From a virus (lineage: Duplodnaviria > Caudoviricetes): a stretch of 64,000 nt of DNA. Shown here one piece after another: positions 29,179-38,885 of this stretch. The stretch spans positions 32,001-96,000 of the IMG/VR virus record IMGVR_UViG_2857429247_000001. One strand, 5' to 3'. A program made the position numbers and the translations under genes. The notes under the pieces were generated by a model. It saw only the letters and a program-made list of their open reading frames with translations. It did no database searches and was not told where the DNA came from. Within the stretch, counting starts at the first letter, position 1; the number at the start of each line of letters is the position of its first letter.

Positions 29179-29688
29179 ATGAAGACTGTCGCCGGGCGCG
29201 GCTCCAAGTATGTCGCGCTACGTCTCGAAAAGCTGAGGCAGGAGCGCCGTCGCATGGCGCGGCAACGCGCGACGGTGATCGGCTACGTCGGGCCCGGCGA
29301 TGATGGCGCCGCGGCGGCCGCCGAGATCCGCGCGCACTGTAAACGCAACGACTTGGTATTGACCGAGATCGTCTTCGAGATGCTTGGCGCGGACAGTATA
29401 GTCCCGCATCTTCGTCCCGGCTTCGCAATGGTTCTTGCGTCCTGCCGGGCCGGCCGCTGCGGCGCTGTCGTGGTATTCCGCGCCGCTTCGCTCGGATCTG
29501 CCGCCGTCCAGACGCACGCGGCGGTCGCGCTCGGCCCTGAAATCGGCCTCGCGGCAGCCTCCGGACGGCCGATCGACGGCCCTGGATTGGTCCGCCGGTT
29601 GGCCCGTGCCGCGGCCAAGGCCAGACCCGCCCGCTGGCCCCGTTTCGGGGTGTCAAAAAAACCTGAGGCGGGCCGCGTCCTCGCGTAG
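29179..29688 (+). CDS. degenerate serine-recombinase catalytic-domain protein
   Basis: VIGY...IRAHC...EIVFE...RPGF..VL...VVV pattern; RVS and DRLGR replaced. Confidence 0.5.
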   Translation: MKTVAGRGSKYVALRLEKLRQERRRMARQRATVIGYVGPGDDGAAAAAEIRAHCKRNDLVLTEIVFEMLGADSIVPHLRPGFAMVLASCRAGRCGAVVVFRAASLGSAAVQTHAAVALGPEIGLAAASGRPIDGPGLVRRLARAAAKARPARWPRFGVSKKPEAGRVLA

Positions 29689-29712
29689 CGGATTTAACCC
29701 GCGCAAACTGGC

Positions 29713-29766
29713 CTTAGCGAGGGCTATTCCGGCCATCCGGAATGGCCTAGGTTTACCCTCGCTAAG
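29713..29766. repeat. nested inverted repeat upstream of the tyrosine recombinase
   Basis: CTTAGCGAGGG...CCCTCGCTAAG enclosing ATTCCGG-CCAT-CCGGAAT. Confidence 0.7.
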
Positions 29767-29824
29767 CGTTAACAAAGATGCGTCAGGCTCAACGGCCCAC
29801 GCCACACCCCGGGAGCCGGATCCG

Positions 29825-30850
29825 GTGCTCGACGAGACCCCGCCGCGGCCCGCCGGCGAATACTGCGCGCCGGCGGTGATCGTCCCGGCCGAGTCGGGCG
29901 CCCCGCTGCCGCCGGCCCTGGTGCTGTCGGACGAGCTTGCCGCCTCGATCGCATCGGCCGACGCGTACGCGAAGGACGCGACCGCGGAACGGACCCGGCG
30001 CGAATACGCGTCGAGCTTCGCGCTGTTCGAGGCGTGGTGCGCCAAGCACGGCGCCCGCGCGCTGCCCGCGCATCCGGAAGCGGTGCGCGCGTATCTCGCC
30101 GGGCTCGCCGATCGCGGGCTGAAGCCGGCGACCATCGACACCCGGGCCGCGGCGATCGCCTACACCCACAAGGCCGCCGGCCTCGACAACCCGACGGGCA
30201 CGGCCGGCGTGCGGGCGACCATCCGAGGGATCCGCAACCGGGTCGGCACGAAGCCGAACAAGAAGGCGCCGGCCACCGCCGACCACGTCCGGAAGATCCT
30301 GAAGAAGCTGCCGGACTCGCTGGTCGGCCTGCGCGACGCCGCGCTGATCTCGATCGGCTTCGCCGCGGCGCTGCGGCGCTCCGAGCTGGTCGCGCTCGAC
30401 CTCGAGCACATCGAGCGCACACCCGAGGGCATGATCGTCCACGTCCTACGGTCGAAGACCGACCAGGAGGGCGCCGGCCATCAGGTGGCGGTGCCGGCCG
30501 GCACGAAGATCCGCCCGGTGAAGGCGCTCGACGCATGGCTCGCCGCCTCCGGAATCAAGAGCGGGCCGCTGTTCCGGCAGATCCGGAAGGGCGGCCATCT
30601 CACGGCCGACCGGCTGAAGGACGCCGCGGTCGCCACGATCATCAAGGAGCGCGCCGAGGCCGCGGGCCTCGATCCGCGTTTCTTCGCCGGGCACTCGCTG
30701 CGCTCCGGCTTCGTCACCTCGGCGCTCGCGAACGGCGCCGACGTCCTCAAGGTGATGGGCGTCACCCGGCACACGCAAGTGCAGACGCTCAAGGGCTACG
30801 ATCAGCGCGCGCAGGCCTTCAAGGACCACGCGGGGCGCGGCTTCCTCTAA
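29825..30850 (+). CDS. Cre-like tyrosine recombinase
   Basis: RDAAL..GF..ALRRSEL, SKTDQ, GHSLRSGF, TRH, GY; N-terminal SAM-like domain. Confidence 0.93.
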   Translation: MLDETPPRPAGEYCAPAVIVPAESGAPLPPALVLSDELAASIASADAYAKDATAERTRREYASSFALFEAWCAKHGARALPAHPEAVRAYLAGLADRGLKPATIDTRAAAIAYTHKAAGLDNPTGTAGVRATIRGIRNRVGTKPNKKAPATADHVRKILKKLPDSLVGLRDAALISIGFAAALRRSELVALDLEHIERTPEGMIVHVLRSKTDQEGAGHQVAVPAGTKIRPVKALDAWLAASGIKSGPLFRQIRKGGHLTADRLKDAAVATIIKERAEAAGLDPRFFAGHSLRSGFVTSALANGADVLKVMGVTRHTQVQTLKGYDQRAQAFKDHAGRGFL

Positions 30851-30883
30851 CCGCCCGCCTTCGTCGGGCCGTAGGGTCTGATA

Positions 30884-31408
30884 ATGGGCGGCACGATCTC
30901 GATCATGGGCGCCGACGGCAGCCTGCCTCACGAGCCCGCGTTCGATCGCGGGTTCTACTTCGATGAGGTGGCCAGCTTCTCAGCCGAGCAGCTCGAGGCC
31001 GCGGTGAGTAAGCCGATGGCCCCCGCCTACAGCTTCCGCGACGCCACCCTCTCGATCGGCGAAGAGGTCTATCCGCTCACCGACGTCAGCCTGACCGAGC
31101 CCGAGATCGAGATCCGCCGGGACTTCGCGATGCCGGACAGCTGGTCGGGGACGTTCACGACCACGGTGCAGAAGCCGGGCAAGCTCTGGGCGGAAAGCAC
31201 CGAGCGCGCGATGGCCCGGCTGCTCGACTTCCCCGGGCTCCTGCCGGAGGGGCCGCAACGCGCGGCCGAGATCCGGCGCGTCCGGCGCCGGGAGCGAAAT
31301 CGGCAACTCGCCTTGCGCGGCGGGATGATCCCGCACCTGCCCTGGAAGATGCGCGTGCTGGCCGATCCGGACTGGCTCGCCGATCGCTTGGTGCGGCTGC
31401 GCCCCTGA
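30884..31408 (+). CDS. hypothetical protein
   Basis: 174-aa ORF with host-like codon use. Confidence 0.6.
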   Translation: MGGTISIMGADGSLPHEPAFDRGFYFDEVASFSAEQLEAAVSKPMAPAYSFRDATLSIGEEVYPLTDVSLTEPEIEIRRDFAMPDSWSGTFTTTVQKPGKLWAESTERAMARLLDFPGLLPEGPQRAAEIRRVRRRERNRQLALRGGMIPHLPWKMRVLADPDWLADRLVRLRP

Positions 31409-31515
31409 TCCTTCGATCCCGGCTTCCCGGGATCCCCTGAAGTCTCGCCCCGCGCGGCCGCACCGGCCGCGCGGCCCGTCGTGCTGCACGCTCGCACCTA
31501 CCGCCGGAGCATCCC

Positions 31516-31623
31516 ATGCGCTTCCGCCCGATTGTCACCGACGGCCTGATGGCCGTGTTCGCCCTCATCGTCGTGGCCGCCTCGCTCGCGCGTGAATTCG
31601 CGCTGCCGGCCCACTTCGTCTGA
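31516..31623 (+). CDS. small membrane protein (35 aa)
   Basis: GGAG SD; one TM segment. Confidence 0.5.
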   Translation: MRFRPIVTDGLMAVFALIVVAASLAREFALPAHFV

Positions 31624-31634
31624 AGGGGGCCACC

Positions 31635-32141
31635 ATGGACCAGATCCGCTCTCAGATCTTCGCCGGCGACGCCGCGCGTCTGCGTCGCTTGGGCGAGATG
31701 CTCATCCTCATCGCCGACCTGCCGGACAGCGGCGGTCACGTCTTGGTCGCCGACCGCAGGACGCGCGTCGAGGTTTACGACCTGATCCTGCAGCATCGCG
31801 GCACCGCGGTGCTGTCCGGCACGAAGGTCTGCCTGACCGAGTCGGCCGACGACGAGCACGCCGCGGTCGGCGGCATCGATCCGGACTATGTCTTCCTCGC
31901 TCCGGGCTACACGGCGCACTGGGTCATCGCCCGCGGCGGCCAGCCGAAGCCGGCGAAGGTGGCCTCGACCGGCCCGTCCGGCGTCTCTCCGCTGGGCGCG
32001 CTGGGCCCGAAGGGCCATCGGATCGAGGTGATGACGCGGTCCGAGGTGCCAGGCGCCTTGCGCCACGCTTGGCCGAGCCGTTCGGCGAGCCCGCCACCTG
32101 TGCCGGCGCCGGGCCCCTGGCATCGACCCGTGGTCGCCTGA
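31635..32141 (+). CDS. hypothetical protein
   Basis: SD plus ATG. Confidence 0.6.
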   Translation: MDQIRSQIFAGDAARLRRLGEMLILIADLPDSGGHVLVADRRTRVEVYDLILQHRGTAVLSGTKVCLTESADDEHAAVGGIDPDYVFLAPGYTAHWVIARGGQPKPAKVASTGPSGVSPLGALGPKGHRIEVMTRSEVPGALRHAWPSRSASPPPVPAPGPWHRPVVA

Positions 32142-32246
32142 ACGAGTTCACGCCTGCGGCCCTGACCCGGTGAACCCTTCGGTTGGACGCATTCCCGCGT
32201 CCGGCCCGATTTCGCGCGCGCCGCGCGCCTCAGCGGACCTTCGATC

Positions 32247-32468
32247 ATGGACAGCCCCAAGCCGGCGCGGACGCCGGATCCCGAGCCCGCGCGCCCGGCC
32301 GCCCCCGTCGTGGTCGTCGGCGAAACCTCGGCGATGACCCGCGCGGTCGCCGCCACGATCCGCAAGCACGTCACCACCGCGCCGGCTAACCGCCGCCAGC
32401 GTCGTCATCTCCTCAACCGGGAGAGCGCGATCCGCCGCTCCCTCGTCGGTGCGAAAGGCATGCGCTGA
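32247..32468 (+). CDS. hypothetical protein
   Basis: TGATG coupling to the next gene. Confidence 0.55.
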   Translation: MDSPKPARTPDPEPARPAAPVVVVGETSAMTRAVAATIRKHVTTAPANRRQRRHLLNRESAIRRSLVGAKGMR

Positions 32469-33601
32469 TGGACACGATCCCCATGGTTCCCCGCTTCGTG
32501 GTCGAGCCCGCGCTCGAGGCGCTTGCCCGGCGTCTGCCGCCCGAGGGCGCCATCATCGTGACGGATCGGCCGGAGCGCCTCGGTCCGATCTCGTCGAACC
32601 TCCTGCGGGTGCTCGGTCTCGCCGCGACCGCAGGCTCCGTCATCATGATCGCGCCGACGACCGAGGCCGAGCGGGCCGAGGTCGAGCGGCTGAAGGCCAC
32701 CGGCCAGCTGCGCCCGATCTTCCACGATCCGGCGATGCCGGCCTACCGCCAGCCGAAGCCCGTGCCGCCGCCGGAGTCGGTGGAGGATCTGATCGCCGCC
32801 CAGGCTCGCGACATGCGTCGCCGGCTCAAGCTCAAGAAGAGGGCCGCACGTCACGCGCGGCGCGCCGGCCACCACGCCGCGCTACTCCGGTTGATCGACG
32901 GGCTCCATGCGCGCTCGTGCGTGATCCTGGTGCAGAATGCCGCCTACGGCCGGCACGTCGTGAACCAGATCCGCAGGAGCCGCCCGGACCTCGTGACGGG
33001 TCGGCTCGCGATCTTCGTGCATACCTGCGTGCCCGGGCGCGCTGAGAGCGAGGCGATCGGGGAACTGCCCGATTTCGCTTCGAGCCTGCCGGTTCTCCGG
33101 GCCCCGGGTCGCGAACTCGCGTGCCTGCGCAATGTCGCGCGCGAGCAGAAAGCGGCGGCCGCGCTCGCAGCGAAGACCGAAGCGGAGCGAGCCGAAGAGG
33201 CCGCCAAGGCCGAGGCCGAGCGTATCGCCGAGGTGAAGCGCGGCGAGGCGGCGGCGGTGCAGGCGGCGCACGACCGCGCAGTCGAGGAAGCCGAGCGTCA
33301 GGCGCGCGACCGGTTGAGGACACGCTTCGGCGAGTGGCCGCGGTACCCCTCGGCCTTCGTGGAGGTCGAGGCCGGCCCCGCGGTTCGGACCGTCGAGGAT
33401 CGGCTCGCCATCTGCGAGCACGCGCTGGCCGAGCTGATGGCGTGGTTCGCCCGCTCCTTCGGTGCCCCCGACGCGCTGCCGGATGTGTCGATCTCGGAGC
33501 GTGGCGAGTGGCTGGCGGGTCTCCGCCAGAACCTGCGCGAGTCTCGCCACGGGGCGGTCCATATCAGCGGAGAATTCAGCGGCGATTCGATCCTGTCATG
33601 A
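32468..33601 (+). CDS. hypothetical protein with coiled-coil segment
   Basis: 377 aa; coupled start and stop. Confidence 0.65.
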   Translation: MDTIPMVPRFVVEPALEALARRLPPEGAIIVTDRPERLGPISSNLLRVLGLAATAGSVIMIAPTTEAERAEVERLKATGQLRPIFHDPAMPAYRQPKPVPPPESVEDLIAAQARDMRRRLKLKKRAARHARRAGHHAALLRLIDGLHARSCVILVQNAAYGRHVVNQIRRSRPDLVTGRLAIFVHTCVPGRAESEAIGELPDFASSLPVLRAPGRELACLRNVAREQKAAAALAAKTEAERAEEAAKAEAERIAEVKRGEAAAVQAAHDRAVEEAERQARDRLRTRFGEWPRYPSAFVEVEAGPAVRTVEDRLAICEHALAELMAWFARSFGAPDALPDVSISERGEWLAGLRQNLRESRHGAVHISGEFSGDSILS

Positions 33602-33774
33602 TCGACTGGACCTCCGCCGTTTTCTGGTCGGTCTCGGTTCGCCCCGGGGCCCTCCCCTTCGCCGCTCGCGCCACCGACGGGCGCGTCTCCGTCCTCATCC
33701 CGTACAAGACCCGACGCGAGGCGGTGGCCATGGCCCCCGCGCTCGCCCGGGCGCTCGCCCAGGCGAACCCCTGA
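33598..33774 (+). CDS. hypothetical protein
   Basis: ATGA overlap. Confidence 0.5.
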   Translation: MIDWTSAVFWSVSVRPGALPFAARATDGRVSVLIPYKTRREAVAMAPALARALAQANP

Positions 33775-33776
33775 CC

Positions 33777-34106
33777 ATGAGCCACGCCAAGAGCCTCGCG
33801 CAGCCCAAGCTGTCGCGGGAGGAGACGACGCGCGCCAAGCAGGCCCGCGCGATCGTCCTCGAACTGCCCGACGACGGCGCCGTCCTGATCGTGCACGCCA
33901 AGCCGATGGTCCCCGTCATGCGCGCGCTCATCGCCAAGGTGCGCGGCGAGGCGGTCGCGAACGCGACCCGCATCTTCGTCGCCGCAACCGAGGTCGACGA
34001 GTTGCCGATCGTCTCGGGCCTCTCCGCGACCCCGGTGTTCCGGGAGCCCTTCGTCCTGCAGCAGCGCGAGCACTATCGCGCGCTCGCCGGCGCGTGGCGG
34101 CTCTGA
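33777..34106 (+). CDS. hypothetical protein
   Basis: Operonic; high GC3. Confidence 0.6.
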   Translation: MSHAKSLAQPKLSREETTRAKQARAIVLELPDDGAVLIVHAKPMVPVMRALIAKVRGEAVANATRIFVAATEVDELPIVSGLSATPVFREPFVLQQREHYRALAGAWRL

Positions 34107-34231
34107 TGGACCGCCCTGTCCCGCTCCCGCCGCGGCCGACGCCGCTTCCCGCCGTGATCGCCTTCGAGGTTGGCACCGTCCTCCTCGCCTTCGCGATCCT
34201 GGGCATCATGGTGAGGATCAGCCCTCTATGA
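34106..34231 (+). CDS. small membrane protein
   Basis: TGATG and ATGA coupling; one TM segment. Confidence 0.5.
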   Translation: MDRPVPLPPRPTPLPAVIAFEVGTVLLAFAILGIMVRISPL

Positions 34232-34512
34232 GCGCGCTCGCCTCCATCACCCCCGCGCAGTACGAAGCGCTCGGGCCGAACGCGCGCGAGGTGATCGACC
34301 TCGACCGCGCCCACGAGGCGGCCACGGCCGAATGGGTCGAGGGCCTGCGCCTCGGGGGCAACGTCCTGAGCCTGGACGCGGCCCGGGCCAACCCGAAGCC
34401 GCAGCCCAAGGCGCGCCGCGCGTGGCTCACCCGGGCGCTCGCCGTCGCGTGCAACCGCGGCGGCAACCCGACCGGCGGCGGCCCGCGCACCGCGTCGATG
34501 GGGCGGCGCTGA
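34228..34512 (+). CDS. hypothetical protein
   Basis: Coupled overlaps. Confidence 0.6.
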   Translation: MSALASITPAQYEALGPNAREVIDLDRAHEAATAEWVEGLRLGGNVLSLDAARANPKPQPKARRAWLTRALAVACNRGGNPTGGGPRTASMGRR

Positions 34513-34613
34513 TGCACCGCCTCTTCGAGGCGCTCGTCTTCAGCCTCGTCCTCCTGCCCCTCGCGCCCGCGGCCATCGTGCTGTGGGTCACGCGTCGAGA
34601 CGTGAACCCGTGA
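34512..34613 (+). CDS. small membrane protein
   Basis: TGATG coupling; hydrophobic. Confidence 0.5.
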   Translation: MHRLFEALVFSLVLLPLAPAAIVLWVTRRDVNP

Positions 34614-34771
34614 ACGGTGTCCTCGTCGCCGCCGCGGTCGCGCTGATCAGCGCGCCGCCCCCGCCTCCGCCCCCGCCGGGGCCGAAGCGACCACCCCTCC
34701 CCATCATCCTGGCAGCCGCGCCCGCGATCATCGATCGCCGCCGGCCGACCTACAGACCGGTGCACTGATCC

Positions 34772-34936
34772 ATGGATTGGAAGTCGTTCAACCTCGGCCT
34801 CTGGCGCGGGGCGCATGGTCGCGCGCGTCACGTCCCGCTCGCCTCCGACATCGACGAGACGAGCTACGCGGCCGGCTTCGCCCACGGCAAGCGCCACGCC
34901 CGCCTGATCCGCGCCGGCAAGAAGCCGCCGGAATAA
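34772..34936 (+). CDS. small protein (54 aa)
   Basis: MDWKSFNLGLWRGAHG...SYAAGFAHGKRHA. Confidence 0.5.
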   Translation: MDWKSFNLGLWRGAHGRARHVPLASDIDETSYAAGFAHGKRHARLIRAGKKPPE

Positions 34937-34988
34937 GCCTCGGCCGGTCCCCGGCCGCACCACACCTCCCGCTCCCGGGCCCCTCACC

Positions 34989-35348
34989 ATGATCTCGACG
35001 ACGCTCCTGCCGCCCGCGCCTCGCGGGCCGGGCGGGCCGCACCCGCTCGTGCCGCTCGCCTTCATCGCCGGCTTTCTCGCCGGCGTGTTTCCGGCGCTGA
35101 TCGCGCCGCCTGCGCGCGCGGCCGAGATCATCGGCTACCGCATCGCGCTGACCGCCTGCCGTGGCGGTCAGTGCCAGGACCTGCCTGTGCCGGCCTCCTT
35201 CTATGCAGGCCGATACGCCTGCCAGGGCCACGCGGCCAACCTCGCCACCCTCGCCGACATGATCGGGCCGAAGGCGCTCGGGCTGCCGCCCGGCCCGTGG
35301 CGCTTCGAGGGGATGTGCCCGCCCGTCCTCGGTCAGAAGGAGGCCTGA
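34989..35348 (+). CDS. exported Cys-containing protein
   Basis: Signal-like segment ending ARA-AE; four Cys. Confidence 0.6.
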   Translation: MISTTLLPPAPRGPGGPHPLVPLAFIAGFLAGVFPALIAPPARAAEIIGYRIALTACRGGQCQDLPVPASFYAGRYACQGHAANLATLADMIGPKALGLPPGPWRFEGMCPPVLGQKEA

Positions 35349-35351
35349 GCC

Positions 35352-35567
35352 ATGGCCGCTCCCTTCCTCGCCGTCGTCCTGGTCTGCGCCAGCGCCATCG
35401 CCGGATCCGACTGCGACCGCTCCACGGCCAGCACCGTCGTCGTCCAGCCCGTCGCGAGCGAGATCGCCTGCCTGAAGGTGGGCGAGAGCGTCGCGGCCGA
35501 GAGCCTCGGGGCCCCGGAGCCGGGGACCTACCACAAGATCGCCTGCGAACACCGGAAGGGCTCCTGA
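35352..35567 (+). CDS. small exported Cys-containing protein
   Basis: AGGAGG SD; AVVLVC...C...C...C. Confidence 0.65.
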   Translation: MAAPFLAVVLVCASAIAGSDCDRSTASTVVVQPVASEIACLKVGESVAAESLGAPEPGTYHKIACEHRKGS

Positions 35568-36016
35568 TGCTCCCCCGTCCCCGTCCCGATCTCGTCGACG
35601 CCTGGGTCGAGCTCTGGCTCTCCACGGCCGTCGGCCTCGCCGCCGCGATGACCGCGCCCCTCGAGGCGTTCCGCGCGCCCCTCTCCGAGACGGGAGAGGG
35701 AGAGGTCTACGTCGCTTCGCCCGAGAGCGAGGAGCCCGAGGGGCTCCCCGAGGTGTCGACCGTGAGCCCCGTGCGGCCGGCCGATGTCTCGGCCGCGCCC
35801 GGCGTCGGCCTCGCCGCGTCCGAGACCTGCGGCAACTGCCGCCACTTCCGCCGGGAGACCTCCCGGGCCGGCCAGTGCCGCCGCTACAGCCCCGGCCTGC
35901 CCGAGGAGGGCATGCGCGCCGAGTGGCCGGTCGCCCTCGATGACGAGTGGTGCGGCCAGTTCTTCAAGGCCCACGTGCCGGGGCTCACCCGCGAGGACCT
36001 CGATGCTCTGCACTGA
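35567..36016 (+). CDS. protein with C-terminal CxxC...C...WCG metal-binding domain
   Basis: CGNCRHF...GQCRRYSP...WP....DEWCGQF. Confidence 0.65.
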   Translation: MLPRPRPDLVDAWVELWLSTAVGLAAAMTAPLEAFRAPLSETGEGEVYVASPESEEPEGLPEVSTVSPVRPADVSAAPGVGLAASETCGNCRHFRRETSRAGQCRRYSPGLPEEGMRAEWPVALDDEWCGQFFKAHVPGLTREDLDALH

Positions 36017-36389
36017 CGCCGCCCCCGCCGTCGAGGAGACGCGCGTCCCCCTCGAGCAACTCGACGACACCACCTTGCGCGCGATGTGCGACGGCGGGTG
36101 GCTCGACCACGGCGCCTATATCGCGCTCGCCCGGGCCCGCGGCACGCTCGTCGCCGAGGTCTCGACCACGGCCGGATCGCCGTCCGCCGCCCGACGCGAG
36201 AGCGGTTATGTGGTCATGCTGTCGGCCGACGCCGGCGCGCCCGCGCTTCTCGCGGCGCTCGCACCCCTCGGCGGCCGCGTCATCGCCGCTCTCGACTATC
36301 CCGTGCCCGGCGCCCTGACGCTGCCCGCGCCCGACACGCGGATGCAGCATCAGCGCCCGCGCGAGACCCCGACCATCTCGATCGCCTGA
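36003..36389 (+). CDS. hypothetical protein
   Basis: GAGG SD; overlap. Confidence 0.55.
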   Translation: MLCTDAAPAVEETRVPLEQLDDTTLRAMCDGGWLDHGAYIALARARGTLVAEVSTTAGSPSAARRESGYVVMLSADAGAPALLAALAPLGGRVIAALDYPVPGALTLPAPDTRMQHQRPRETPTISIA

Positions 36390-36408
36390 CGGCACTGGAG
36401 AACGGACC

Positions 36409-36591
36409 ATGCACACCGCCCGCGTCATCGCGGCGATGATCGCAGGCGGCTACGCCTCGATCGTCGCCGCCCACCTGATCGCTCAGACGGTCCCGCTCGA
36501 CGCGGTGGTGAGCGCCGGCGTCGCCGGCTTCCTCCTCGGACCGCCGGCCGTGGGCGTCTGCGCCTTCGTCGTCGCGCTCATCCACGAGTAG
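36409..36591 (+). CDS. two-TM small membrane protein
   Basis: GGAG SD; hydrophobic. Confidence 0.6.
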   Translation: MHTARVIAAMIAGGYASIVAAHLIAQTVPLDAVVSAGVAGFLLGPPAVGVCAFVVALIHE

Positions 36592-36600
36592 GGCGCCCCG

Positions 36601-36867
36601 ATGGATGCCAGAGAGACTGCCGTCCCGACCCCGCAGCAGAAGGATTGCGCCTTGGCGCTCCTCACCCTGCTCCGCTCGAACGTCGCCTACGCCGATGCGC
36701 TGGCCCTGATCCAGTTCCTCGCGCGGGAGGGGAACAACGAGCGAACGAAGACGGTCGGCGCGTTCGTGATGAGCGGGATCCCGTTCGGGGAGGCAGAGCG
36801 CTATGCCGCTGATCCCGGGATGCGCGAGGCGCTGCTCGCCGAGATCAAGCGGGCGTCCCGGCCATGA
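36601..36867 (+). CDS. hypothetical protein
   Basis: 88 aa; operonic. Confidence 0.55.
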   Translation: MDARETAVPTPQQKDCALALLTLLRSNVAYADALALIQFLAREGNNERTKTVGAFVMSGIPFGEAERYAADPGMREALLAEIKRASRP

Positions 36868-36958
36868 TGATCCTCGATCCTCGGACGGGCCAGACCGTCA
36901 CCATCGATCCGCGGACCGGTCGGCCCGCTTCCTCGACCTCGACCTCCCGAGCCTGACC

Positions 36959-37909
36959 ATGCGCCCCGATCTCCTCCACGTCATCGTCCCGGTGTTCAAC
37001 CCGCTGCGCAACCGCAGCCACACCCGCAACACCGCCCGCTTCCTGCTCCACATGATCGAGAGCGGCGTGCGGGTGATGGTCGTGGAGGCGACCTACGGCG
37101 ACGCCGCCCCGGTCTTCGCCGGCGTGAAGGGCATCCAGCACGTCCACGTCCAGGCCTTCTCGGTCTGCTGGATCAAGGAGTGCCTCTACAACATCGGCAT
37201 CCAGCACCTGCCGCGCGACTGGAAGGTGGTCGGCCTGTTCGACGGCGACATCCGCTTCAAGCGCCACGACTGGGCGGCCGAGGCGGTCTACGCGTCCCAG
37301 CACCACCCCGTGTTGCAGCCCTGGGAGCACTGCCACGACCTCGGCCCCGAGGGCGAGTTCATGGAGGTGCACTATTCGTTCTGCCGCCAGTGGGAGAAGG
37401 AGCCCGAGTCCGTCGGACACCACGGCGAGGGCCCGTACCGCTTCGCCCACCCCGGCTTCGCCTGGGTCTACACCCGGGACGCGCTGGAGAAACTCGGAGG
37501 CCTGATCGAGACCGCCGTCCTCGGCGCCGCGGACCACCACCAGGCGCTTGCCCTCGTCGGCATGGCCAAGGATTCGCTCCCGGGCGGGCTGACCGACGCC
37601 TATGCGAAGCCGATCTTCCAATGGGAGGCGCGCTGCAACCAGCACATCGCCGGGAACATCGGCTTCGTGCCTGGGACCATCGAGCACGACTACCACGGCC
37701 AGAAGGCGGCTCGCGGCTACGTCTCGCGCTGGGACATCCTCAAGCGCCACGCCTTCGACCCAACCACCGACCTGAAGCGCAACACCTCGGGGGTGTGGGA
37801 ACTCGCCGGCAACAAGCCAGGCCTGCGCCGGGACATCCTCGGCTACTTCAAGAGCAGGAACGAGGATCACACCACGATCCGCGCGGAGCGGATGCGCGAG
37901 GCCGCCTGA
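36959..37909 (+). CDS. GT-A fold glycosyltransferase-like protein
   Basis: VIVPVFNP start, VVE, KECLYNIG, FDGDI (DxD), G..D, H.YHG. Confidence 0.65.
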   Translation: MRPDLLHVIVPVFNPLRNRSHTRNTARFLLHMIESGVRVMVVEATYGDAAPVFAGVKGIQHVHVQAFSVCWIKECLYNIGIQHLPRDWKVVGLFDGDIRFKRHDWAAEAVYASQHHPVLQPWEHCHDLGPEGEFMEVHYSFCRQWEKEPESVGHHGEGPYRFAHPGFAWVYTRDALEKLGGLIETAVLGAADHHQALALVGMAKDSLPGGLTDAYAKPIFQWEARCNQHIAGNIGFVPGTIEHDYHGQKAARGYVSRWDILKRHAFDPTTDLKRNTSGVWELAGNKPGLRRDILGYFKSRNEDHTTIRAERMREAA

Positions 37910-38255
37910 TCCCCGCATAGGAAGGCCCACGACGGCCGCTATCCGTTCGCGCCCCGTACTGCGCGAGAAGGCGGACACGGCTGCCCTGGGCCGACCTGAT
38001 TAAATCCAGGGCCGGTCCAGGGATCGGGAAGAATTCAGATCGCGCGACTCGGCGGCTCGCCTCCTCATGGGGGGGAGAGAGACCAGGGACACCGCGCCAC
38101 CGCATGGGAGCTCACCCGAGCCCACCGCCTTACCCCCCTCTGCGGAGAGGGCCTCGCCCGCCTCCCGGGACCGCCTGCCATCCCGCGCCCCGCGTGTGTG
38201 GGGCCGATCGCGCGCACCGCGCGCGCTGCCTCGAACCTCCGGAATTTATCCGCCT

Positions 38256-38885
38256 ATGGCTCAGACCAAAGCGAAGCCCTCGAACGCCGGCATCCCGCAG
38301 GTCGAGCTGCGCCCGATCTCCGCCCTCGTGGGCTATGCCCGCAACAGCCGCACCCACTCGCCCGAGCAGGTGGCCCAGCTGAAGGCCAGCATCGTCGAGT
38401 GGGGTTTTACCAACCCCATCCTCGTGGATGCGGCGAGCACGGTGGCCGGGCATGGCCGCTCCATGGCGATGCGCGAGCTGCACGCGGCCGGCGTCGAAGT
38501 GCGCTTCCCCAACGGGACGCCGATCCCCGCGGGCATGATCCCGGTGATCGACTGCACGGGCTGGAGCGAGACGCAGCGGCGCGCCTACATCATCGCCGAC
38601 AACAAGCTCGCGCTGAACGCCGGGTGGGACACCGAGATGCTCCGGGTCGAGATGGTCGACCTGCAGACCGAGGCGTTCGATCTGGGCCTCACCGGTTTCT
38701 CGGCGGAGGAGGTCGACCTCACCCTGAACGGCTGGGACAGCGACATCGACGTCGCCGAGCGCGACGGCGAGCACACCGACGGCATCCAGGCGGTCGTGAA
38801 GGTGAAGGTCGACCAAGACGCCAAGGACCGCGCCGAGGCGATCGTGCACGAGGCGCTGCGCAACGCCGGGATCTCCTTCGAGTGA
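38256..38885 (+). CDS. ParB/Srx N-terminal domain protein
   Basis: YARNSRTHS.EQV..L.ASI.EWGFTNPILVD...AGHGR...AY.IADNKL. Confidence 0.9.
   Translation: MAQTKAKPSNAGIPQVELRPISALVGYARNSRTHSPEQVAQLKASIVEWGFTNPILVDAASTVAGHGRSMAMRELHAAGVEVRFPNGTPIPAGMIPVIDCTGWSETQRRAYIIADNKLALNAGWDTEMLRVEMVDLQTEAFDLGLTGFSAEEVDLTLNGWDSDIDVAERDGEHTDGIQAVVKVKVDQDAKDRAEAIVHEALRNAGISFE

Noticed and set aside
38256-38885. ParB-N protein as the partition protein binding the TNNA arrays
   Set aside because: It has no HTH or adjacent ParA. This ParB-N type typically accompanies phage DNA-modification genes.
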